Source: Euglena gracilis (Eukaryota). Taken from it: DNA of 64,000 nucleotides. The notes below the pieces were generated by a model that was given only the letters and a program-made list of their open reading frames with translations, ran no database searches and was not told the DNA's origin. Made by a program: the position numbers and the translations under genes. Positions 14,501-25,602 of the stretch are shown here, one piece after another (position 1 is the first letter of the stretch; every line of letters starts with the position of its first letter). The stretch spans positions 4,826,950 to 4,890,949 of the forward strand of contig CP154954.1 of assembly GCA_039621445.1 (NCBI GenBank). Reading direction: 5' to 3'.

Positions 14501-15975
14501 TCGTTGAAAGGAGCGACACCTCGGTAGGGGATGTGGTCCTTCGGGGCAGTCGCCAGGGTGCTGACCACGCGGCTCAGGGCCAACAGGCTCTTCCGGATGT
14601 TGTTCCCTTCCACCGCAGGCCGCTGCGTGCTTTGTGTGGGCGTCCTGGAGGACGGGCTACAATCTGTGAGGTTCAGCAACGCATTTGATATCTGACCTGC
14701 AACGATTAAACAAATGAGCTGGCGGCAAAACCCGGGAAACGTTCACCTGACAGTTTCCTGACAACAGTAGGACAAAATCAATAGGTTCTGACGCCAGTTT
14801 GGCTGGTGCCAAGCACCTTGACACCTTGCATGCCAACAGGTCGGACAATACCATACCTGTACTGACGTATCTGCCAGAACCAATTACCAGGTGGGATCAG
14901 GTGGGATCCTGACCAGTTCTCAGGCATAACAGCTTCTTGGGGGGAGAACTGGCAATCAACGCAGGGCTCACATTTCCACAAGGAAGAACTTGCCATTACA
15001 GAGCCGTTGAAAGCAGAGGCCTGCTCCCGCTCCCGCACCTCCTGCAGCGCCCGCTCCGCCTTCTTCTTCTCGGTTTGCCGAGAGAAATCGAGCGGCAGCG
15101 ATGTGTGCTCAGACCCTGCGCAGCGGGGGGGGGAGGGCAATGCAGTCCCTTAGAAACGGCCTCCAGACAAATCAGTGGGTACAGAGGTTGGGGATAGATC
15201 CCCATGACCGGGGGTCTGGGTCAGATGGGGAAAAAAGCGACATTTTTTTTATCCCCAGCCAGAAGGAAAAACCGAAAAAAAGCGACTCTTTTGCAAATTT
15301 GTGATTAGAGGTCTGTTTAACCAAAAACAGGCTTATTTCAATGAAAAAAAGGAAAACTCTCAAATCAATCAAACTCTGAAAAAAAAATCCGTCAGGGGAT
15401 AATGGGCACAGAGGTCAGAGACAGGTCCTTGTGAGGACAGCTCAAAGGGCACAGAGATTTCCCCGGCGGGGGAGGGTAAATGCAGGAAACCAAAAAAACT
15501 TCAATTTCGATTACAAAAACTTACATTTCGCAGTTAGAAAATCAGCCTCTTGCACTTCACCAATACCAATGAATTGAGTGCAGACACATGCACACCCGCA
15601 AGGTCCACGACGCTCAGCGTGGAGACGCGGACGGTGGACTCCTGCACGTGGCGGCTCTCGAAGATCAGCTGGAAGATGGTGTGGGAACAGGACCAGGGTT
15701 TGACATGAGGGGGGTGGGGGTCCGGACCAAACCACTGTTTCCGGATGTTGAACTCTGGGCGGGATGCGTGCTCATGCACGTTGTTCCGGCCGAACATGCG
15801 GCAGGCCTCGCCCATCGCCGCGAGGTCCTTCACGTCCTGCAGGCAACTGACCACCTTCTCCGTGACGTTCCCCACTTTGCAGGCAGGCAGTGGGACTCCG
15901 CATAACACTTGCACAGTTGCACAAATGTTCATACGAGCACGTGATTGCGAAAATGTTCATATGGTAAACATATGA

Positions 15976-16009
<34 letters not shown>

Positions 16010-19000
16010 TGTGTGTGTGTGACTGTGCGTTTTTGAAGAGATATATCTGGCTGCTGGGTGTCGGGTGTCTGCAGTGGTCTGTAGTGGTCTGTAGTGGTGG
16101 TCAAGCACCTATGGTCATCCAGAGTCCTGGACCCTGTCACACCCAGTCACACCCAGGCCAACAGAAATCTCAATCACCCCAACTTTAAGGGACACTTTTT
16201 TGCCACTTTTGCCCACCTCTGGCTGCCATTGGTTAGTTTTTGGCCACTTTTGGTTGCTTTAATTTCTCTTTGGTCACTTTTGGTTACTCTTTGGACACTT
16301 TTGGTTACTTATGTGCAACTTTTGGGTAATTTTGGCCCTCTCTGCTGTTTGGCAACTTTGAGGCCACTTTTGGTCATCTTGGCCCTTTTTTTGGCCGTTT
16401 TTTTTTGCCAACGTTTGCCCACAATTTTTTTTGCTGCTTTCAACTGCTTTTGGCAACTTTTTGCTGCTTCTAACCGCTCTTGGCCACTTTTTGATGCTTT
16501 TGACCGCTTTTGGGTACTTTCTTGCTGCTTTCGGTTTAAAAAAAAATGGAAAAAGTGGTCAAAGTTTGTCATAAATGGTCCCAAGGTGGCCAAAAGTTTC
16601 TAAAGAATTGTGAAAAGTGGGCAAAAATAGATTAAACATGAAAAAAATGGCCAAAAGCAATCAAAAGCAGCAACAGGTGGCCCTATTTGCCATTTGGTGA
16701 AAAAAAAAATTACCATTTTTTGGCCATTTTTTTGGTCAAAAATCCATTTTTGGCATTTTTGGTCGAAAATGGCCAAAAATGGCAAACGTGGGGAAACGTG
16801 GGCAAAATGGTCAGAAGTTGGCAAAAGCAGCCCAAAGTGGCCAAAAAGGGCCAAAAGGGGCAAAATGGTGCTCTGCACTGCTGAGTGTTGGTGGGTATGC
16901 ATGTGCACCTGTACACGCATGTGCATATGTGTGGGTGAGTGGGTGGGTGGGTGGGTGGGTGCTGAGTGCTGGGTGCCTCAACACAGGTGCTGGGCGTGTT
17001 TGCTGCGCGTGGGGTGTGTGCATCAGACATTAGATTGAACGAGGTACAGGTCGGCAAAAGTGCAAAAATGAATGCAGGCAGCAATCCTCGCTGACTGTTC
17101 GACACGGCCCTCGTGATCGTCCATGATGACGAGGGTCGGTTGGTCGTCAGCCAGGAGGTCTTTCAGCTGGAATGGCAAATGAGGAAAATTAGAAGAAAAC
17201 TTTGGGAACAAATCCAGCTGCGGTAAGAACGGGGGTGGGACAAAACAAAGAGAGACATAAGCAAACGCGGCAGACCTGCTCGTTGTACACCTCCAAAAAT
17301 GACACTCGCAAAAGAGAGACACGATCAACGGAGGCCATTCTCGTCCGCCAACCAAAGTTCTCATTGGCGCGCACTATGGACTAAAAGCGGCTGCCAGACA
17401 AATGCACACAGCCGGGCCACACTTTCCACCCGGCGGCGGGGGGGGGGGGGCGAAGAGGATGGCCCCTCGGGCGTGTTGCGGATGTGGTCGAAGAAATCAT
17501 TCACGGCCATCGTGATGAACCCGGGGGATGCACCATGGCCGCTGATGGTGAACGTCTTCCTGACGAGCAGAAGAAATGTGGTTAATGAACTGCGACACCC
17601 TCCGTTGCCCTATTGCTGCAGCAAAACAATTTTGCTATCCCCAGTGGATGTCGTTGTTAAATTTGCCAAATTGAACAAAATACAAAAAAGCAAACCTCCG
17701 AAGCTATTATCGCGTCGCGTATTTCACTCATTTCCAAAGCGGTGTCTCGGCCGAAGAACATGTCGGCTTCATCCAGTGATTCTGAAACTGCCTATCAAGT
17801 GCCAACTCAACTACCAACTGTGGAAACAGGGGGGGGGTTGACGAAGCTCTGACTGGCAAAAAGCTGGGAGATTGTCGTTCCAGACCGGTGCCAGTTTTCC
17901 TCCTGAATTAAAGGATCACAGCCACTGCGAGAGAAGGTATTCCTTATTGAGAACCTACCCGTTGTTTGGCCGTTGTTTTCTCAAAAGGCCCTGTTGCATC
18001 AGTTGGGGGTGGGGGGGGATGACCTCCATGACCCCATGACCCCTTGGAAAGATTATGAGACACAGGCACAGACATACACATGCATGCAGCCCTGTCAACG
18101 CTGTTTTTTCCCTCTGGATTTGTTTGGGATGCGGCAGCTTCTGGCATCAGATTGCTGCCAGGGGGACAGCACACCCGCTGTTGGTCTGTCCATAGGCCAT
18201 GATGCACCCGTTGTATCCCTCAAAGACTTGCTGGACGATCCTTCTCAGGCCCACAAGACCGGAAGGATGAGAAGGAAATGGAAATGGGTAAAGACTTCAG
18301 CAGGTGAATGGCCAGCTGCTACACGCTCACATTCATACACGTGCAATCAAACGCACGTTGTGTGCCACAACACAAACACACACATATATCACACATCACA
18401 CATCACACACAAATATCACGTATCACACACCCACACATCACCCGCATCACACACATCGCACACACAGTGAAATTCATTCCGCAGAACAAAAGCACAGACA
18501 AGTCACACCATGATATCAATCACATCCGCCACAGCGGAACTTTGCCCCCACCGCAGTGTCATGTTGCGGGGGGAAATTGCTTCAGGAAAGAAAAAAGAAA
18601 CCGGTCCTCTGTTGCAGGGGTGGTCCTCCTCTGGCTCCTTCACCCAGACCACTATGCCCTAAGCAACTACCCCAGAGAACCCAATCAACAACCCACCGGG
18701 GGGTAGGGGGGGGAGGGCAGCCCAGTGACCCGAAGAGGCCAGGAATGGGTTCCGAGATTCCCGTCCAACTCTGCGGGCCTGTGCGGCAGCCCCACTTCCC
18801 GGTACAGCTCCGTGGTGGGCACGTGCATCCCCCACAGGTGGCTGAATGTGAACTGCTGGGCGGTCCGCACCGAGCCGTACTCCCCCTTCGTCGGGTTGAG
18901 GGTGATGCTGCGGTCATCCCACTTCCACGCCAGCGATGAGGAAAGAGGAGGGCTTGATGGGAGAGTCATTCCTAGGTGCTGACAATGCTGATGCTGATGC

Positions 19001-22000
19001 TGATGTGGATGAAAAGTCACTTAACGAAAGGCATAAGAAAGTCAAATTCTGCCTAAATAAAAAAACCGCAACACACAACACACAACACACAACACACACA
19101 AAAAAACCTGCAAAGAAGAAATGCTTTGAGTTCCCCTCCCTGCTGCACCTCCATCCCCGGGTTTCTGGGGATTGGTCCCGCCTTCCAAGCCCAAGGGCCC
19201 AGCCCTCCCCTCGGCCCGTCGTTGCGGAAGATCTCCCGGCCGCGGGTGATGCGCTGCACTTTGTTGGAGTTGGCGAGGCACCAGCCCTCCGCCTCCGTCG
19301 GCGGCGGCCGCATCCGGACGCACACCCGCACCGCCTCCGCCCGGTCCCCCGGCACCGGCGACGTGCCCGCGGGCAGGCCGGTTCGGCGCCGCTGCAAAAA
19401 TTATGATAAAATCAATTATCAAATTCAAATTTTTTAAAAAAATATCAAACGGTAACGTTACCAACATTATGAAAGAAATAATAATGTTATCAAAAATTGG
19501 TATTGGATGTATTCAAAAATATGGTATTGGAATTATTTATTATTGTTAGCAACTGTGAAATGATGCGAGATTATTATGTTAAATTGCTGTACTGGTTAGT
19601 AAAATGGGTTTCATGAAACTTCATAAAAATTACTATAAAATTCATTGACGCAGTGGGATTTCAGTTTAGGTTTGGCACACATGGACCATCAAGTTTGGGG
19701 GGGGCTCTGCGGGGTTTTTAGGGGGTACCCACTCCTTGGGGGGTATTTAAGGTCAATTTTCCCCAAACCTTTCACCCACCAATCCGCCACATAGGCTCCC
19801 AAAATTTCGAAAATTTGGGAAATACTCCACAGGATTTGCTTAGCATTACAGGGGGGAAGGGGTGGCCATTTTTCATATTCAAAAAAACAGGCAATTCTTT
19901 GGGAAAGCAGAAAAGGCAAACACAGGCCAAAAACCTCTTTGTGGCTGCACACGAGAGGCATCCGACTCAAAACCCCGCCTTCGAACGTCCTCTGGGGTGG
20001 TGGCTGCCAAGCACCCCGGCAGGGGAGCGGCCTGGTGCTGACGCTGGCGCTACCGCGGGGCACGGGGCTCTCGGACCGGACGGACGGGGCGCGGGCGGGC
20101 ACCGGGGAGGTTGGCTCACAATGCCAGGGTATTAACCGAGTGAGGTGGGATGGTCTGGACCCCCCTTCCCACCCCCCTGGTGGGGGGTCCAACCCCCTGT
20201 GCAAAAAATATCCAGCCCAAAGTGCCAGAAAAAAAAATTGGAATGCCCAAAAATAACATTTTATTTTCTTTGAAAAATGGGCCAAAACATACACCAAAAT
20301 TTTCATGTTCCCCGACGCGAAGCGCCGGAGAAAATGTTTTGCATCCCGGGGGAGGGGGGGTCTGACGCCCCTGCTCCGCCCTGTGCAGAGCCGGCCTTTG
20401 CTCGGCCTTCGCTTCGCTTCCTTCCAAAACCAAACCTTCGCTCAGTACCCTGCGTGGGGCGGCTCGCTGCAGATGGACGCGGTGCGGGCGGGAAAGGGGG
20501 CGGGCGGGGACAGGGCGCCGCGGGCCCGGCATCCGTGCGGGTTTTGGAACAGCGAGTACGGGGGGCCTTGCGGTTGGGTTTGATGATGTGGAATGGACTG
20601 TGCGCCAAAAAGGCGGATCTTCCTCAAAGGCATGAAGGGATGCTTGCATGCAGCCTTTTCTTGAAGATCCCCCCATTCACACACGTATGTTACAATTATC
20701 ATATCATAATATATAATATATGATATATACATAATACATAATATATATAATATATAATAATAGTTATAATACATAATAAGATACAAAAATAATTAATTAC
20801 TATAATACATGTAAGGTGCTGGATATGGGACAATGAAAAACGTTGGATGATTCAGAAAATCCTCGGGCCACCTATGCACACCGCGCAATTTCTTCAGGAG
20901 GCATGGTGTCACTCAAATGTGCGTTGCTGCTGGACAGGAAACAAAGAGGCGGCCAGTGCCATGTGGCGGCGGTTTCCTGATCTGCGGTGCCGTCATTTCC
21001 GGCCAGGGGCTGGTGGTGACGTACGGCAGGCGGTTGTACATGGCGGGCGATTCGGGGCGGGACGGGGGCCGGGAGGTTTGGTGGGGGCGTTCCCCTGGCC
21101 GCTGTGGGGGGAAGGGGGGGGCTCATCGCCACAAGCCCAAACGCCCTGAGGCTTTCAGGCCTTTTTTCTCGCAAACACTCACTATGGGTCTGTCTGGCCC
21201 GGCCGAAGGCCGGGAAAAAATTGTTGTACGGCGTTTTCGTCCGAATCAGCGTGGATGCTCTGTGGGTGGTTGGTTGGACCCCACCCACCACAGGGCTTTT
21301 TCCCGGGTTCAGGCCCGGGAAAAGCCCCCCCTCCCCCGGGGTTACTACCTACCCGCCCCCCGCCCCCCGCCCCGGGAAACTGTCACCTGACAGGTTGGCC
21401 GGTATCAGGGACCCTGATAGTTTCCTGGGCGGACCCTGACAGGTTCTCGGGATGACAGTTTCCCGGGGGGAGGGGTAGGTAAGTGAATCTATGGGGCCAA
21501 CGTTCGCCGCTGAATCCCATGCTCCTTCCCCTCGCTGCACCGCACCGTTCATCCAATGGCCTCCTCCCGTCCACCATGGTCCATCACAGTACAGACTCAT
21601 CCAGAGAAGCCAATTGCTCATATCCAGCAATTCTTTTGAGAAGCTTTTTTGTGCCAGGGGAATCCAACGAATGCAGCCTACACATTCAGCAGCTGTGCTG
21701 CGTCAAAGACCGGCACAGACCTCCAGAAAAGGTTACTGGGCAGCCAAGGACTCCATGTACCCACAGGACAGCCCCTTTGAAAGTCGCCATTGTGGCTGGT
21801 TTTGACTGCTCCTTGCGTTTTTTGCTGTCTTGTGCCGCTGACATGTGACCATCGCCAAGGAAAAATGGTCCGCAACGGCAAGTTGGCGACGGTGCGCGGC
21901 GAGGGGACATAACTTTTAAATTTCATAAGAAAATATGTGTTTTTGAGCCACTTACCATTGTTTGCATCCAGGAAGAATCTGCCAGAAGCAACATATACAT

Positions 22001-22240
22001 TTTTTGGTGGTATTTTGTTGCGAATTTTAGTTCAAATCATAAAGTTTGCCGCTCCGCTGGTGACGCAACCCGCATCGAGGTAGCCAGGCGGGGCGTGCGG
22101 AAGAAGAGCGGGGCGGGCTGCGGAGGCGGTTGGGGCGGGAGGGTCGGGGTGGACCGGCTACGCAGGTAGCTGGCAGTTGGAGGCCCGCTTCCGTTTGGAG
22201 CCCCCGAGTGATGGCGCCACCCCGAGGGGCCGCCTTTCAT
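3..22240 (-). CDS. Kinesin motor protein (kinesin-7/CENP-E-like motor) with Pro-rich N-terminal extension and C-terminal coiled coil; more than 25 exons
   Basis: Hand-spliced motor exons: 19391-~19185 (AVRVCVRMRP), ~18930-18785 (QFTFSHLW), 18240-18175 (EGYNGCIMAYGQTNSG), 17559-17469 (KTFTISG), 17326-17276 (LLRVSFLEVYNEQ), 17166-17101 (LKDLL), 15878-15761, 15688-15596 (RSHTIFQL..VVDLAG), 15115-~14857 (SE), 14656-14520 (EGNNIRKSLLAL..HIPYR), 12818-12698 (DSKLTRILRPALGGNS), 11900-11858 (RFA). Coiled-coil/tail exons: 11254-11147, 9906-~9765, ~8600-8427, 7159-7121, 6464-6390, ~3570-3483, 3217-3189, 2378-2284, 1642-1532, 633-506, 143-3 (TGA at 3-5). Upstream exons at 19935-20119, 20456-~20566, ~20960-21100, ~21780-21905, 22050-~22230. 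Start codon not located. Confidence 0.9.
634..1531 (-). other. Nonconventional intron without CAG/CTG (kinesin tail)
   Basis: AGT GGGCTGTGCCGCGAC...GTCGCGCCAGCCC GGGTG; joins GAG G|AC TTC in frame with downstream FQRYYELKK. Confidence 0.6.
2127..2272. repeat. ~41-bp AT-rich tandem repeat, about 3.5 copies
   Basis: CATGATTTAAAAACAATTAAATTATGAATCAATATTATTA-like units. Confidence 0.85.
2379..3188 (-). other. Nonconventional intron (kinesin coiled coil)
   Basis: AAT CAGACTTGCA...TGCAAGCCTG ACACG; restores EEA K|IKLESE. Confidence 0.75.
2438..2530. repeat. (CA)n microsatellite
   Basis: Seen directly; similar tracts at ~24163-24250, ~58455-58549 and ~59279-59395. Confidence 0.95.
3619..3874. mobile_element. 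hAT-like MITE, same family as mS23 intron 1, located inside a kinesin intron
   Basis: TIRs CAGGGTTTTTTCTTAAGACC / GGTCTATAAAACCCCTG; TSD TTTTCAAA/ATTTCAAA (7/8). Confidence 0.75.
4348..4734. mobile_element. hAT-like MITE
   Basis: Perfect 16-bp TIR CAGGCTTTTGCTTAAG/CTTAAGCAAAAGCCTG; perfect 8-bp TSD GATTCACC (4340-4347, 4735-4742). Confidence 0.9.
5523..5622. repeat. (GTTT)n microsatellite
   Basis: Seen directly. Confidence 0.95.
6465..7120 (-). other. Nonconventional intron (kinesin coiled coil)
   Basis: GTG CAGGAATCGCTTCA...TGAAGCGAGCCTG ATGGC; restores SLQ R|QLRLNSGAAEERDALRRQL. Confidence 0.75.
6533..6726. repeat. (GTAT)n/(GT)n microsatellite
   Basis: Seen directly. Confidence 0.95.
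9268..9735. mobile_element. hAT-like MITE (CAGGGTTYGATATAAGG family), diverged
   Basis: Ends CGCGGTTCGATACAAG / CTTATGTCGATCCCTG; flanks CCTTGGAG/TCGTGGAG (6/8); similar to 42227-42614 and 51115-51230. Confidence 0.65.
10377..10861. mobile_element. TA-flanked MITE (Tc1/mariner-like), GGGTGACAATT repeat family
   Basis: TA-CCCCCCCGGGCAATTG...CAATTGACCGGGGG..GGG-TA; near-identical to 56154-56621. Confidence 0.85.
11577..11687. repeat. 37-bp tandem repeat, 3 copies
   Basis: AGATTTATTGTGGTGCGGACTACAATCTCAAAGTCGG repeated head-to-tail with no spacers. Confidence 0.95.
13243..13875. mobile_element. Foldback MITE with CCCCCCCTATGTCCAACGAC TIRs
   Basis: Left end CCCCCCCTATGTCCAACGAC, right end GTCGTTGGACATAGGGGGGG-TA; internal TCCTCTGACCGGGG repeats. 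Confidence 0.7.
15689..15760 (-). other. 72-nt nonconventional intron within kinesin switch I
   Basis: GCC CAGAGTTCAACAT...ATGTCAAACCCTG GTCCT; restores HAS R|SHTIF. Its terminus matches the CAGGGTTTGATATAAGG MITE family. Confidence 0.85.
15879..17100 (-). other. Nonconventional intron (kinesin motor)
   Basis: GAA CAGTCAGCG...CACTGCCTG CCTGC; restores EGRV|KVGNVTE. Confidence 0.75.
17327..17468 (-). other. Nonconventional intron without CAG/CTG (kinesin motor)
   Basis: GAG GGGCCATCCTCTTCGCC...GGCGGACGAGAATGGCCT CCGTT; restores NTP|DRVSLLRVSFLEVYNE. Confidence 0.8.
18241..18784 (-). other. Nonconventional/intermediate intron (kinesin motor)
   Basis: GCA CAGGCCCGCA...TGTGGGCCTG AGAAG; restores EVGLP|IVQQVFEGYNG. 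The ends also read GC...AG. Confidence 0.85.
20120..20455 (-). other. Nonconventional intron (kinesin N-terminal extension)
   Basis: ACG CAGGGTACTGAGCGA...TCGGTTAATACCCTG GCATT; joins CCC C|GT GAG CCA in frame. Confidence 0.65.
21346..21481. mobile_element. Short foldback MITE (CCCGGGAAACTGTCA family)
   Basis: TACCTACCC..CCCGGGAAACTGTCA / TGACAGTTTCCCGGG..GGGTAGGTA; related copies at ~23315-23425, ~63540-63620 and ~4900-4990. Confidence 0.7.
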
Positions 22241-24159
22241 TTTGGGGGGGGGGGGCAGAAAATTTTGAGGTCAGCAAAAAAAAAGGTTCAGTAGGCCCCC
22301 AGTGCTTTCTTCCCAGCGGAGCTACCCCACTGCGATGAATCTGAATAAACCCCTCTCCAGGCTCTTGCTTAAAAACCATGGGGGGTGCTGGACACTGGGA
22401 AAAAGTGACTAGCTTGACCCCCCCCCTGGAGGGGTACAGGGGTCCCCCCATCTGGAAAAAAATCCCTCTGGCGCTACGGGCCGAGGTGAAAAATGAGGTT
22501 TTAAATGGGGTTTGGGCTGATTTTTTATTTTTATTTTTATTTAAACCTCCGAAATGCCAAAAATGGGCACTTTTGGTGAGTTTTGGGGTCCAAAATTTTT
22601 TTTCTACATTTTGCGCCAGTCACCAGAAGAAATTTTCCACTAAGATTTCCACTTGCCACAATTGGACCAGCCCTCAAATAACCTGGCGGGGCCCGTGTTC
22701 TTGGCAGCGGCCTACCCGGCACGGGCAAGGGCAAAAAAAGATGGCTCCAGTAACTTGGCGCCCGCCTTTTAAGGCTAAATTCCTTACGCTGAAAAAAGGG
22801 CCCAAATAACCTGACAGGGGGACAGGGCAAAAAGTTGGTTCCAATAACCTGGCACCCAGTCAGGGTATTCGGGGGGGTGGGGGGTCAGTCCAGCCCCTCC
22901 CCCCCCAGGGTTATTGCGAACCCTTAAGCAATTGCCCGCCCTCCCAAAAAACCTGTCAGGGGGTGCCAGGCTATCGGAACCATCTTTTTGGACCTTGCAC
23001 ACCTGCCAGGCAATTTGGGTTGTAGTTTCAGTACTACAGTTTACAGTAGTTTCAGTACTAGTTTCAGTGCTGCTGAGAACCTGTGCCGAAAGAAGGGGGT
23101 ATCAGGTCACTGGAACCATCTTTTTTTGCCTTGCCCCCCACCAAGCTATTCAGGCACTGCCAGTGCATGGGCCCCGTCAGGTTTCCTCGGGGGGGGGGGG
23201 GGGCAGGGAGTTTAATGAGTTGTGTGGAAATTGAATCCTGAAACCCCAAAATTGAACTGGGGCACCCATTTCCAATCTATTCTGGCGGGTTTTAGGCACC
23301 TTGGGACTGTTCTCCCAGGAAAACTGTTATCTGACAGGTCGGCCGGTACCGGGGACCCTGACAGTTTCCTGGGCGGGACCCTGACAGGTTTTCGGGCTTG
23401 CAATTTCCTGGGGGGGAGGGGGTAAGGATTGAATGTTAAGAATACCTTGCAAATTACAACTGCCTTGGAGCCCAAATACCCAAAAGTGCAAAATTGCTGG
23501 ACGACCCTTCACGGGGGGGGGTCCAGATCAAAGGCTGGAAGATTTGGGTTACTGGAAAAGCTGCTCCCACGATGAGGGTTCCCTGGCTGGAACTGGGCCC
23601 GACTGGGGGTCAAACCAGGTGCCGAAAATTCAACGCTTAAAAATGACTTAAAAATGCGAATTGCGTATAAAAAAAATTGACCGAGAATTCGCCCTGGCCA
23701 GGTTTTTCCAGGCCACTTTTTTTGCTGACTTTCGCCCAAACTTCCACAAACAAAAATTTGTTGCCGTCCAGCAACGGAAGGCAAATGAACTCGCCGATGG
23801 AGGAGGGAGTCTAGGTCGGGAAATAGGAAGATGGCTGGCAGAACCACCCCCCAGAGGGTGGGGGTGCCAACAACTGAGGGCCATCTCACAATGCACTGTT
23901 TGAGTGCGGCCGAAACCCTTTCAAGTACCCCTGCAACAGAGGGCAACAAAGAAAGGAAGCGTGGTTGAATGCATGACCATGGGGGTCTGAGAAAACCCAG
24001 AGGCTGCAGAGCGGAGAGCAGCACAATAAGGCAAACACCGGCACAGTCAACTTCTAACTGACTTAGAAATGGCGCAGGCCGGTCCTCAGAAAGCACAGCC
24101 ACAATTCCACGTTGCCCGTCCTCGAAATGGAATGTGGCTCGACACAGAAACGAACTCTA

Positions 24160-24234
<75 letters not shown>

Positions 24235-25602
24235 CACACACACACACACATCAGAAAAGCATGATGAACATCACTCATTACCAACACAAAGGGTATTACC
24301 ATGGAAAGGCAGTTCTGGGCCATTTGAACCACCATATGGATCAAACCATTCGGCAATTGCACTTGCGAAGTGGTACAAATCCAACACAAGCAGGGGTCGT
24401 TCTTCAAAAAGGTCGAAAATGAGTGCACAATCCTGCATTTTTCAAGGAAGTGCGACAGATTAAAAGCAAAAAAAACAAATCTAAAAAAAAACATAAAAAA
24501 GATATATAATAAAAAAAATTATCTAATAAATAATATAACACCCCACTTATAAACCCCCCGGGGTTTGTAAGATCCGGATTAGTTGGTTGGCCGAAGGGAG
24601 GGGGGTATAAGTGGGGGGGGGAGGTTATAGGCATCGGAATTGTTGGTGAAAATACGACCCCCCAAAACGACCCGAAACCCCCCCAAATTGGCAATTTTCG
24701 GCAAACTTGGTCAAAAATGGCATTCTTGACGATGGTCGGTCTCAAAAAAAAAATGCCAAAAAATCAGTTTTTTGGGTGGTTTGTGGCGAAAAAAATCGTC
24801 CCAGGCGGTTTCCATTTTCTTTCCCCAGGGGGGGGGGGTTATGGGATCCGGTTTGGTTGGTCGGCCCGAGGGGGGGGGGGTTATAGGCAGGGGGGGTTAT
24901 AAGTGGGAGGGGTTTACAAGTGCGGCGTGGGGTTTATAATATAATAAATATTTAGAATAAATTAGGCGGCCTAGTAGTTTAACTACTGCCCCCCCCCCGG
25001 GGGGGAGGGGCCCAGTAGTTAAATGTTGGGGCAGTCGGACCCCCCAGCGCGTTTCCGGACTGTGGTTTTGCGCTCCCCGCCAGAGATGTCTGGACAAATG
25101 CAGAGGATGGAAGGCCTAGTGTTGGTATGTGTTTAAGAAAATGCCCCCCCCCCGTCTAACTGCTTGGCCGTCCCCCCCGGGGGGCCAATAGTTAGAGGAC
25201 ACTTAAAATTATTTAAAAAAAATGCAAATGAGGTGCTTTCCTCCGTCGTTCATTTTCTCCCCCTCCGAAAAAGAGCAATATCTCTCCCTCCGAACAAAAG
25301 CAGTGAGGATCTGGATGGGTTCAAGCCTCAACATATGTGTGTATGTAATTTGTGTGTGTGTGTGTGTGTGTGTAACCTGTGTGTGTGTAATTTGTGTGGG
25401 TGTAATTTGTGTGGGTGTAATTTGTGTGGGTGTAATTTGCCCGATTTCAATCTACCGGTCCAATTTGAGTGGGCGCAAGAAAATAATCCTGAGGACTGGG
25501 GCACAATCGCCCTGCTCACACGGAGGGGCAAACAGGTGGGGGAAAGCTTCGTGTTGTTGTGGTGGACAGCGAGGGGTGCCGGGCCAAAGCAGAAGGGTCC
25601 GC

